DNA of 49,568 nt, taken from assembly GCA_964392145.1 (NCBI GenBank), contig CAYMPK010000001.1, positions 1,089-50,656 of the forward strand, written 5' to 3'. The position numbers and the translations under genes are program-made. This document shows positions 1 to 8,512 of the stretch, piece by piece. The DNA is from an uncultured Actinomycetes bacterium (lineage in GTDB: Bacteria > Actinomycetota > Actinomycetes > S36-B12 > UBA10799). Position 1 is the stretch's first letter. The number at the start of each line of letters is the position of its first letter. Below the pieces are notes generated by a model. That model made no database searches, had not been told where the DNA came from, and saw nothing but the letters and a program-made list of their open reading frames with translations.

Positions 1-5
1 ACCTG

Positions 6-3000
6 ATGGAGCGCGCGCTACGACTGGTCTCGACCGAGATGGAGGAGCTCAACGCCCAATTGAAGGCCCGGGCCGAGAGTCGGCTGCGTGACGAGCGCGA
101 TCGACTCGAGGCGGTGATCCGTGCCCTCACCGACGGCTTCGCAAGCCTCGATCTGGATGGCGCGCTGACCACCGTCAACCCTGCCGCTGAGGAGATGTTC
201 GGATCGGTTGCGCTCGGAGATCATCTGCTGGCGCACCTGCGTCTGAGCCCTCCTGCCAAGACGACCTCGCACAGAGCGGCCGGCACGGAGGGTCAGGGTG
301 ACGTGGGCCATGCGGAACTTCAGACCGAGGTACTCGCCAGAGTGATCGACGGCGAAGAATTCCGCGATGATCGGGCGGTTCTAGTCCGGGATGGCTTGAA
401 GGACTTGCCCGTCAGCCTCCTGCTCTTTCCCATCCGGCAGGCGGGTGTAGTGACGGGCATCGGCGTGACCGTGCGCGATGTCAGCAAGTCCATCACCGAC
501 GACCGCAGGCTGCGCAGGTTGGCTCGCGCCGTTGACGCCAGCGCGGATGCCATCCACATCACCTCCCTAGAGGGAGAGATCGAGTACGTGAATGCGGCCT
601 TCGAGGAGGTGACCGGTTGGCCCGCTGAGCGGATCCTGGGGAGGAACACCTCGATCCTTCACCCGAGCGTCGGGGCGGAGGTCTTTGCCGACATGGTCAC
701 AGCACTGGCGGCCCAAACCTCGTGGACCGGTCGACTGCTTACCGCCCGCTTCCTCGGACCCGGGGCCGGGCCCGAACCCGCGACCTACTGGGCGCAGGCC
801 ACAATCGCCCCCTACTTCGACGATGCTGGAAAGCCGTTGGGGTACGTCGCCCTGCACCACGATGTGACGGATGAAGTGGCAGCTGAAAGGAGGGCCTCCG
901 CGGAAAGACTCGCTGCCCGGCTTCGGCTTCAGGTGGCAGAGGAACTGCATGGACCCGGCACTTTGGGCGATCGGCTGAAACGAGCGTTGCAGGTGCTCGT
1001 GGATGGCCTACCGGAGGATGGCGGCGGCGAGTGGACGGCTGTCTTGGTGGCGCCCACAGGCGTCGACGGCAAGGCCGCCTTGGCCGCCGGCTTCGGGTCA
1101 GACCGATGGCGCGAAATCGTCGAGCATAGTTTGGGCGAACCCCTCGATTCCGTCGCTGGTTTCCGACGTTTCGGCCCGGACCAAGGTTCGGTCGCCGCGG
1201 GAGCCATGATGGGACTCACTGCGCCCCTGACCATTGAGAGCGGAACCCAGGGACGCTTGGTTCTGTTCGCCAAAAGCCCGTTTCCGAGGCAAGACGCCGT
1301 GAAGGACGCCGTTACAGCCATCGCTGACATGTTGGGACTTGCGATTGCAGAGGAGCGGGCTCGCAGCGCCGCGGAGTCGGCCCGTGAAGCCGCGGTTGCT
1401 TCGATGCAGGCTAAGTCACAGTTCCTCGCCAACATGAGTCACGAGATCCGCACTCCCATGAACGGTGTGCTGGGAATGCTGAACATGCTCACGTTCACCG
1501 ACCTCGACGCGAACCAGCAGGAATACGTCACGGTGGCACATTCCTCCGCGGAAATGCTGCTCAAGGTCATCAACGACATTCTGGACTTCTCGAAGATCGA
1601 GGCCGGCAAGGTTCATCTGGAGAACATCCCCTTCGACCTGAGGGCTCTCACAGAGGAGGTCGCGTCGCTGTTTGCGCCGCTGGCCTCAGCCAAGAACCTG
1701 GAACTCTCCAGTTTCGTACCTCCAGAGATGCCCACCGGGGTCAAAGGGGATCCGACCCGGCTACGCCAGGTCCTGGTCAATCTGATTGGCAACGCCCTGA
1801 AGTTCACTTCCAAGGGCGAAGTCTCCGTCACCGCCTCGCTGGTGGACGAGGACTCGGGAGCGGCGCAGATCCGGTTCGACGTGATCGATACCGGCATCGG
1901 CATGAGCGAGTCAGTCGTGGCCGGATTGTTCACCTCCTTCACCCAGGGGGATGCCAGCACTACTCGCAAGTTCGGCGGCACAGGTCTGGGACTGACAATC
2001 TCGCGCGAGCTCGTCGTCCTCATGGGCGGGACTATCGAGGTCTCCAGCGAAGTGGGGACCGGAACAACCTTCAGCGTCACCCTGCCACTGGAACTGCAAC
2101 CCGCCTCCGCGTCACAGGGCGCCCTAATCGGTGAGGGATCGGAGACCAGGGTGCTCGTGGTGGACGACAACCAGACAAATCGCCTTATCTTGGAGCACTA
2201 TCTCACCGGTTGGGGCCTGGAGCATGATTCCGCCGTCGATGGCGTTCAGGGGTGGCAACTGATCCGTCGGGCGCTCGAGCGAGGTCGCCCTTACAGGATC
2301 GTGCTGCTGGATATGCAGATGCCCGAGTTGGACGGCCTGGGGTTGGCGACGAGGATCAAGGCCGACCCGAGGTTGGACCATACGAAAGTCGTCCTCGTCA
2401 GTTCATCGGGATCTGAGTCCGCCAACGCGCATGCGGACCTGATCGACTACTGCGCCAACAAGCCCATCCGGCAGTCGGTGATTCGCGCCATCCTGCGCGA
2501 GATCCTCACACCAACGACGCCCACCACGGCAAAGTCGGACACCGCCGACCAGGGCTCGATGAATCTGAGCGGTCGTGTGCTCCTGGTCGAGGATACCTTC
2601 ATCAACCGTCGGGTCGGCGAAGAGATGCTGACTCGCCTGGGGCTCAGTGTCTCACTGGCGGTGGACGGTAGCGATGCCCTTGAAGTGCTGGCAAAGAACG
2701 AGTTCGATGTGGTGCTCATGGATTGCCAAATGCCGGTCAAGGACGGCTTTGAAGCGACCAGGGAGTTTCGGAGCGCGGAGTCGGCGTCACAACACTTGCC
2801 GATCATCGCGCTCACCGCCGACGCGATGGTCGGTACCGAGGAAAAGTGCCGCAGCGCGGGCATGGACGGATACCTCAGCAAGCCCTACACCCTTGCCGAC
2901 CTCTCGGATGCGCTACGTCCATGGCTCGGTGAAGAGACCGAACAGGACTCCGCCACCAGCACCGTGGAAAAGGCGGAACCCATCACGGTCGAGGAGGCAC

Positions 3001-3989
3001 AACCCACCACGACCCTGGGCGCGCCAAGGATCTCCAATGAGGATGCTCGCGTCAGCGATCTGGCGAGCTTCGCCATTCTGGACACCCCCCCGGAAGACGT
3101 CTTCGACAGCATCACCCACCTCGCCAGTGCGCTGCTCGATATGCCGATCTCGTTGGTCTCGCTTGTCGATGACGAACGGCAGTGGTTCAAATCCCGCGTC
3201 GGACTCGATGCCACCCAGACGCCCCGCGAGCAGGCCTTCTGCGGCTATACCATTCTCGGTCCGGAGGTCTTCGTCGTCGAAGACGCGACCAGCGACCCAC
3301 GCTTCGCGGCGAATCCGTTGGTGACGAGCGAGCCGCAGATCAGGTTCTACGCCGGCGCTCCCCTGACCTCCGCCTCGGGCTTCAATCTCGGCAGCCTGTG
3401 CGTCATCGACACCAAACCGCGGACGATGGATCCGGAGCAGCGAAGGATCCTTGCGGACCTTGCTGCGCTGACCTGCCGGGAACTGGAGCTGCACAAGGCG
3501 GCGGCCACCGACGGCCTGACCCAGGTGTTGAGTCGTACCGGCCTGCTCGCCCAAGGGCCATCCGAAATCGCCCGCGCGCGGGCGGCCAATCGTCCACTGG
3601 CAATCGTGGTTCTCGATGTCACCAACCTGGACTCGATCAACGACACCCTGGGGATGGCCGGCGGCGACGTGGCGCTGCGCTGCGTCGCCGACCTATGCCG
3701 GGCGAACCTGCGGGTAGGCGATCTGGTCGGACGGCTCGGCGACGATGAGTTCGGACTGATCCTGCGCGATGCCCCCACAGACATCGCCCGGGAGCACACC
3801 CAACGGCTCCTCTCCACTATCGAGGACCAGCACATCTTTCCCCTCGAGCACGCCGTGCGGCTCTCGGCAAACGCCGGGATCGCGATCGTGGTCCCCGATG
3901 AGGTGGACCTCGCGGCGGGGTGGGAGCGTGCGGAGGCGGCACTTCAACTTGCCAAGGCCCAGGGCCCTGGCCACCTCGTCGTCGACTGA
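6..3989 (+). CDS. Multidomain hybrid sensor: PAS-PAS-GAF-like / HisKA-HATPase_c / REC-REC / GAF / GGDEF (degenerate GDDEF)
   Basis: 1327-aa ORF. H-box SHEIRTP, N-box LIGNALKF, G-boxes DTGIGM and GGTGLGL. Two receivers (LLDMQMP...NKP and LMDCQMP...SKP). C-terminal GAF followed by RVGD-x5-GDDEF. No in-frame stop lies upstream of the ATG at 6, so the true N-terminus may be outside the window. Confidence 0.85.
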   Translation: MERALRLVSTEMEELNAQLKARAESRLRDERDRLEAVIRALTDGFASLDLDGALTTVNPAAEEMFGSVALGDHLLAHLRLSPPAKTTSHRAAGTEGQGDVGHAELQTEVLARVIDGEEFRDDRAVLVRDGLKDLPVSLLLFPIRQAGVVTGIGVTVRDVSKSITDDRRLRRLARAVDASADAIHITSLEGEIEYVNAAFEEVTGWPAERILGRNTSILHPSVGAEVFADMVTALAAQTSWTGRLLTARFLGPGAGPEPATYWAQATIAPYFDDAGKPLGYVALHHDVTDEVAAERRASAERLAARLRLQVAEELHGPGTLGDRLKRALQVLVDGLPEDGGGEWTAVLVAPTGVDGKAALAAGFGSDRWREIVEHSLGEPLDSVAGFRRFGPDQGSVAAGAMMGLTAPLTIESGTQGRLVLFAKSPFPRQDAVKDAVTAIADMLGLAIAEERARSAAESAREAAVASMQAKSQFLANMSHEIRTPMNGVLGMLNMLTFTDLDANQQEYVTVAHSSAEMLLKVINDILDFSKIEAGKVHLENIPFDLRALTEEVASLFAPLASAKNLELSSFVPPEMPTGVKGDPTRLRQVLVNLIGNALKFTSKGEVSVTASLVDEDSGAAQIRFDVIDTGIGMSESVVAGLFTSFTQGDASTTRKFGGTGLGLTISRELVVLMGGTIEVSSEVGTGTTFSVTLPLELQPASASQGALIGEGSETRVLVVDDNQTNRLILEHYLTGWGLEHDSAVDGVQGWQLIRRALERGRPYRIVLLDMQMPELDGLGLATRIKADPRLDHTKVVLVSSSGSESANAHADLIDYCANKPIRQSVIRAILREILTPTTPTTAKSDTADQGSMNLSGRVLLVEDTFINRRVGEEMLTRLGLSVSLAVDGSDALEVLAKNEFDVVLMDCQMPVKDGFEATREFRSAESASQHLPIIALTADAMVGTEEKCRSAGMDGYLSKPYTLADLSDALRPWLGEETEQDSATSTVEKAEPITVEEAQPTTTLGAPRISNEDARVSDLASFAILDTPPEDVFDSITHLASALLDMPISLVSLVDDERQWFKSRVGLDATQTPREQAFCGYTILGPEVFVVEDATSDPRFAANPLVTSEPQIRFYAGAPLTSASGFNLGSLCVIDTKPRTMDPEQRRILADLAALTCRELELHKAAATDGLTQVLSRTGLLAQGPSEIARARAANRPLAIVVLDVTNLDSINDTLGMAGGDVALRCVADLCRANLRVGDLVGRLGDDEFGLILRDAPTDIAREHTQRLLSTIEDQHIFPLEHAVRLSANAGIAIVVPDEVDLAAGWERAEAALQLAKAQGPGHLVVD

Positions 3990-4015
3990 TCGGGATCCTC
4001 CGGACAGGGGCTGGG

Positions 4016-5329
4016 TCAGTCCCGGGACAGCGGGCTGAAGGCGGTCTCCCTGAGCCGCAGGGCCACAACGGCCGCCGCCACACACCAGATGGCGACGTAC
4101 CAGGGGAACACCGCCGCTAGACCGGCACCGGCCAACCACGTGGAGATCATCGGTGCGGTGCCCCCGACCACGGCCACCGCGGTCGCCCAGCAGATCCCGA
4201 ACCCGGTACCCCTTAGGCGGGACGGGAAACGCTCGATCATCGACACCATCAGCACGGCCTGTGCGGCCGCCTGCGGAACCACGATCAGGAGTTGCGCGGC
4301 AAGGGCGTAGCCGGCGCCGAGCAGCAGGACCGCGGGGACCGTCAACACAGCCATGCCGATCAGTCCGAATGCCAGCACGATCCGTCGTCCGAGTCGATCA
4401 CTCAGCCAGCCGAACACCGGGATGAGCACCATCAGCGCCAGCAGCCCGGCGGTGTTGGCTGCGAACGCGGCCTCACCTGAGACCCCGTAGGACTCGGCGA
4501 GAGCTGGAAAGCCGGACACCAGGCCGAAGAACGACAGCGACACGGCGCCGACGATCACGAACACGATCGCGGCGGTGCGGCGGTGAAGGGTGAAGGTCCT
4601 TCTGAGCGGCCTGGGTTCGTGGCCCGCCTCGACATCGAGGGTCTCATGGACTCCGCGGCGGATGAAGAAGCCGACGAGTCCGAGCAACCCGCCGATGAGG
4701 AACGGGATCCGCCAGCCGAAGGCCATCATCTGGTCCTTGGTGAGGAGATCGGTCAGCAGCAGCCCTACCGCGGAACCGAGCAGGGTTCCGATCATGATGG
4801 TCGTGGGGTACACCGAACCGAAGAGTCCACGGCGACCCGAAGGTGCGCTCTCGGTGAGGTAGGCGCCGACAGCTGCCGTCTCACCCCCGAGCGAGAGCCC
4901 CTGCAGCAGTCGGAGAACCACCAGCAGCAGTGCCGCGAAAATTCCGATCATCGCGGCGGTCGGCGCGAACGCGATGCCCAAGCTGGCGGTCGCCATCAGA
5001 ACCACCGAGACGGTGAGCGCCGCGCGACGACCGCGTCGGTCCGCGATCCTGCCCAACAGGACGCTACCCAGAGGGCGGGCCAGGAATCCGACCGCGAAAA
5101 TCGTGAATGTGGCCAACAGTGCAGCCGTCGGGCTGTCGCCTGGGAAGAACTGCCCGGAGAAGTACACCGCGAACAGCGCGTAGACAGTCCAGTCGTACCA
5201 CTCGACGATGTTGCCGATGGCGCCGGCCATGACCGCGCGACGCTGCGATCCGGTGGGTCGATCTGAGGGGGCGCGGTCCAGTCGCGGGGCTGTGATCTGC
5301 ACAGTCGGACGGCTGAGGGTGGTGGACAT
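4016..5329 (-). CDS. MFS transporter, metabolite:H+ symporter (MHS, ProP/KgtP-like) family
   Basis: 437 aa, hydrophobic throughout. N-terminal GNIVEWYDWTVYALF motif and the GRIADRRGRR loop are typical of MHS carriers. ATG at 5329 is preceded by AAAGGA. Confidence 0.85.
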   Translation of the reverse strand: MSTTLSRPTVQITAPRLDRAPSDRPTGSQRRAVMAGAIGNIVEWYDWTVYALFAVYFSGQFFPGDSPTAALLATFTIFAVGFLARPLGSVLLGRIADRRGRRAALTVSVVLMATASLGIAFAPTAAMIGIFAALLLVVLRLLQGLSLGGETAAVGAYLTESAPSGRRGLFGSVYPTTIMIGTLLGSAVGLLLTDLLTKDQMMAFGWRIPFLIGGLLGLVGFFIRRGVHETLDVEAGHEPRPLRRTFTLHRRTAAIVFVIVGAVSLSFFGLVSGFPALAESYGVSGEAAFAANTAGLLALMVLIPVFGWLSDRLGRRIVLAFGLIGMAVLTVPAVLLLGAGYALAAQLLIVVPQAAAQAVLMVSMIERFPSRLRGTGFGICWATAVAVVGGTAPMISTWLAGAGLAAVFPWYVAIWCVAAAVVALRLRETAFSPLSRD

Positions 5330-5392
5330 GTCCGGTCCTTTCGTAGGGGCCCTGAGGGCGATTGGGTCCCTCTTACCCGGACGGCGTCCTAG

Positions 5393-6301
5393 TTAAACCT
5401 GGCTGCCGGTGGTGTCCGACTGCGCGATCGTCACCCTGATGTCCTGTTGCAGGTGAAAGCGTCCGTCCGGCCCCTGGGACCCGGCCAGCCGCTCCGCAGC
5501 ACGCTCGAGTACCAGCGGGCGATCGGCCGGTGCCACCGACTCCCATAGGGCGCGCTGACTGTTGGACATGGTGAACCTGTGCCAATCGTCAACATCATCG
5601 AAGACCACATCGATGGTCGCTTGTGAGATCTCCACAGTGGGGAACCCGGCGCCCTGGAAGCACTCTGCCAGTGCCTCGTCACTGGCGAACACGCCGCGGG
5701 GGGCACGCGTGCGGGCGTCGAAGATATGACGGGGAACAAACGGCTCGAAAGCCTCGTCGATGTGTCGCCAGGCATCGGTCTGCACTCCGAAACTGGTGAT
5801 GCCGACGCGTCCGCCGGGACGCAGTAGCCGGCTCCAGGCGAGGAGCGCCGCGGACGGATCCGGCAGGAAGAAGAGCACCATGGAGGCAGTGATGAGGTCG
5901 AATGCCTCGGGTGAGAGTTCCGGGCGTTGGCCGTCCATCACCAGCAGTCGTGCCTGCCCTGCCGGAGTCCCCCGCAATGCACTTCGGGCGTGTTCGATCA
6001 TCCGGGCAGAGGCGTCGATCCCAGTCAGTTCCGACTGCGGACCAAGTCGCCAACCGGCGGATGCCAGCACGGCGCCCGAGCCGCAACCGATGTCCAACAG
6101 AGACTCGTCGCCGCGTAGGGCGAGTCCGTCGAGCAGGTGGCCCGCTACAGGCGCGAAGAACCCAAGGCCCTCGTCGTCGTAGGACTGGGCAACATCATCG
6201 AAGACCATCGCCAACTCGGCGGGGGCCGAGGGCGACGTGGGCCTGGCCCCTACCCCGGCAGTACCCAACAGCGATGCGTCGGCGCTGGCTCGATCCCTCA
6301 T
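5393..6301 (-). CDS. Class I SAM-dependent methyltransferase
   Basis: Motif I LLDIGCGSGAV; FDDVAQSYDD near the N-terminus. I chose the ATG at 6301 because AGGAGG sits 6 nt upstream; the ORF track extends to 6361. Confidence 0.8.
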   Translation of the reverse strand: MRDRASADASLLGTAGVGARPTSPSAPAELAMVFDDVAQSYDDEGLGFFAPVAGHLLDGLALRGDESLLDIGCGSGAVLASAGWRLGPQSELTGIDASARMIEHARSALRGTPAGQARLLVMDGQRPELSPEAFDLITASMVLFFLPDPSAALLAWSRLLRPGGRVGITSFGVQTDAWRHIDEAFEPFVPRHIFDARTRAPRGVFASDEALAECFQGAGFPTVEISQATIDVVFDDVDDWHRFTMSNSQRALWESVAPADRPLVLERAAERLAGSQGPDGRFHLQQDIRVTIAQSDTTGSQV

Positions 6302-6542
6302 GCTGGCCTCCTGTTGATGTGGCGATACCACCACACCATCTCCAGTCCGCACGCATTTCAAACCTCGCCACCGACATTGACCGACTTCGCTTCTCGTTGA
6401 TCCATCCGGGTGCCGCCGATCGGGTTGCCGTGCGTCACGGCCCTACCGGGTCGGTATCGGGCGCAATAGCCTCAATGGGTAGGGGTCCGAATACCTGCCT
6501 GCGGGTCGTGCGTCTGCCACGGCGGGAGGGTTGGGGGATGAC

Positions 6543-8171
6543 ATGAACAACCCATCGGTACGACGCGAACACGCCGCTCGATCCGGACCACTCCGGTGGC
6601 TCAGTATCGGCCTGTGGATCGTGGCGCTGGCCGCCTCAGGTCTACTCGCAACTTCGATGGCCCACGCCTCGAGCACCTCCGGGGCGGGCGCCCATGCCGG
6701 CTCCGTTGTCGGGTGGGGCAGCAACTCCTATGACGAGGCCACACCCCCGCAGGGGCTCCTCGGCGCTAGTGCCGTCTCGGCCGGCGCCACGCACAGCCTG
6801 GCATTGCTACGCGATGGCACTGTCGTCGCTTGGGGTTCCAACTACAACGGGGAGACGGACGTGCCGGTCGACCTCGCCGGAGTGACAGCCATCTCAGCGG
6901 GCGCGAATCACAGTCTTGCCCTGAGGTCCGACGGCACAGTGGTTGCCTGGGGTGCAAACGGGCGCGGGCAAGCAGAAGTCCCCGCGGAACTGACCGACGT
7001 GCGCGCCATCGCGGCCGGCGGCTCGCACAACCTGGCGGTGAAATCCGATGGCAGCGTCGTCGCCTGGGGCAGCAACTCGAGTGGCCAGGCAACGGTCCCT
7101 GCCGGTCTCACCGACGTGACGGCGGTGGCGGCCGGACCGTCGTTCAGTCTCGCCCTCAGAGGTGACGGCACTGTGGTCGGGTGGGGATCCAACACCTACG
7201 GCGAGACGACACCGCCGGCCGGGCTCCACTCCGTTGTGGCACTGGCGAACGGCGCGAGTTTCGGCCTTGCCCTGCGCAGCGACGGCACCGTGGTGGGCTG
7301 GGGACTGGACAACTATGGCCAGGTAGGAGCCCTGCAATCGCTGACTGGCGTGACCGCCATCGCCGGTGGCACATTCCACAGTCTGGCGCTGCTCGCCAAT
7401 GGCACCGTCGTTGCCGCCGGCTACGGCGGCCAGGGTGCCACCAGCGTCCCCCCCAACCTGTCCGGGGTGACGGCCATCGGCGCCGGCAACTCGCACAGCC
7501 TCGCCATAGTTGCGGACACCAGCGCCCCAACCGTGACCGGCACCGCGGACCGTCCTCCCAATGCGTCCGGTTGGTACTCGGACTCCGTCACCGTGTCCTG
7601 GACGGCGACCGACGACCTCGAGGGTCCATTGCCTCCTCCTCCTGCGACCGTCATTTCTTCAGAGTCTGACGGCACCGGACAGCCGACAAAGTCAGATCCG
7701 GTATGCGATCGATCCGGCAACTGCTCGATCGGAAACTTCGGCCCGGTGAGGCTCGACAGGACGGCCCCGCAGCTCACCCTGGGCGGAGTGACCAGCGGTG
7801 CTACCTACCAAGGAGCAGCGCCCACCGCCACCTGCAACGCCACCGACGCCCTGTCTGGTCTCGCTGCCCCCTGCGCGGTCTCGCTGAGTGGGGGTACCAA
7901 CGGCATCGGGGTGCTCACTGCCACCGCCACAGCGAATGATCGGGCTGGTAATCCAGCCACGGTGACGGCGACATTCACGGTTACGGCCGCAAGCGCATGC
8001 ACGCCGTCGAAACCCGATCACCCCGGCCACAACGACCGTAGGCGCGGCACGCTGCCGCGGGAGAGGAAGGATCAGCACCACAAGACTGGCGGCGACTCCC
8101 GTCACCGCGGCGATGATCATCATGGCGATTCCGACGACCACCATGGGACCGACGACGCCTGCGACGACTAG
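6543..8171 (+). CDS. Secreted RCC1/BLIP-II-like seven-bladed beta-propeller protein with Ig-like C-terminal region and His/Asp-rich tail
   Basis: Signal peptide ...LAASGLLATSMAHA|SS. Seven 39-aa G(T/S)VV.WG...HSLAL repeats, then Thr/Ala-rich beta-type domains. The ORF opens at TTG 6531; the ATG at 6543 is preferred because a GGGAGGG/GGGGGA purine tract lies upstream. Confidence 0.8.
   Translation: MNNPSVRREHAARSGPLRWLSIGLWIVALAASGLLATSMAHASSTSGAGAHAGSVVGWGSNSYDEATPPQGLLGASAVSAGATHSLALLRDGTVVAWGSNYNGETDVPVDLAGVTAISAGANHSLALRSDGTVVAWGANGRGQAEVPAELTDVRAIAAGGSHNLAVKSDGSVVAWGSNSSGQATVPAGLTDVTAVAAGPSFSLALRGDGTVVGWGSNTYGETTPPAGLHSVVALANGASFGLALRSDGTVVGWGLDNYGQVGALQSLTGVTAIAGGTFHSLALLANGTVVAAGYGGQGATSVPPNLSGVTAIGAGNSHSLAIVADTSAPTVTGTADRPPNASGWYSDSVTVSWTATDDLEGPLPPPPATVISSESDGTGQPTKSDPVCDRSGNCSIGNFGPVRLDRTAPQLTLGGVTSGATYQGAAPTATCNATDALSGLAAPCAVSLSGGTNGIGVLTATATANDRAGNPATVTATFTVTAASACTPSKPDHPGHNDRRRGTLPRERKDQHHKTGGDSRHRGDDHHGDSDDHHGTDDACDD
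6699..7517 (+). repeat. Seven tandem 117-nt (39-codon) coding repeats encoding RCC1-type blades
   Basis: Counted directly. Each unit starts G(S/T)VV(G/A)(W/A)G and ends (L/I/V)xx(D/N). All seven units are exactly 39 codons with no indels: 6699 + 7 x 117 - 1 = 7517. Confidence 0.85.
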
Positions 8172-8206
8172 GGATGGTGCACGGCACCCCCGGTTGCGAC
8201 CTCGGA

Positions 8207-8461
8207 TCAGCCCTGGACGGCCGCCCGTCGGCGCAACGGCGGTTCGGTCGCCGGCGGACTTCGGCGGGCCGGTAGTTCCGCCAACACCCGACGGCTGGCC
8301 TCAGCTACGGCGTCGACCGCCGCCTGGAATTCGGGCCGCTCCATCCCGGCTCGGGTGGTGACACCAGTGACCTTGCGAACGTACTGCAACGCTGCAGCGC
8401 GCACCTCATCATCGGTCGCCGGGGGTTCGAGGCCACGCAACGTGGTGATGTTCCGACACAT
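8207..8461 (-). CDS. DUF2277 domain-containing protein
   Basis: 84 aa starting MCRNITTLRGLEPPATDDEVRAAALQYVRKVTG, the characteristic DUF2277 N-terminus. Confidence 0.85.
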   Translation of the reverse strand: MCRNITTLRGLEPPATDDEVRAAALQYVRKVTGVTTRAGMERPEFQAAVDAVAEASRRVLAELPARRSPPATEPPLRRRAAVQG

Positions 8462-8512
8462 GGCCCCACGCTACGAGCTGATCGGCGCCGCCGCACACCC
8501 CGCTGACGATTA

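Noticed and set aside
7692-8144. 150-aa minus-strand ORF beginning with a TM-like helix
   Set aside because: Only the first ~30 residues look protein-like. The rest is Arg/Gly/Cys junk antisense to the RCC1 protein's Ig-like region. It is kept only as a caveat in the finding on the RCC1 tail.
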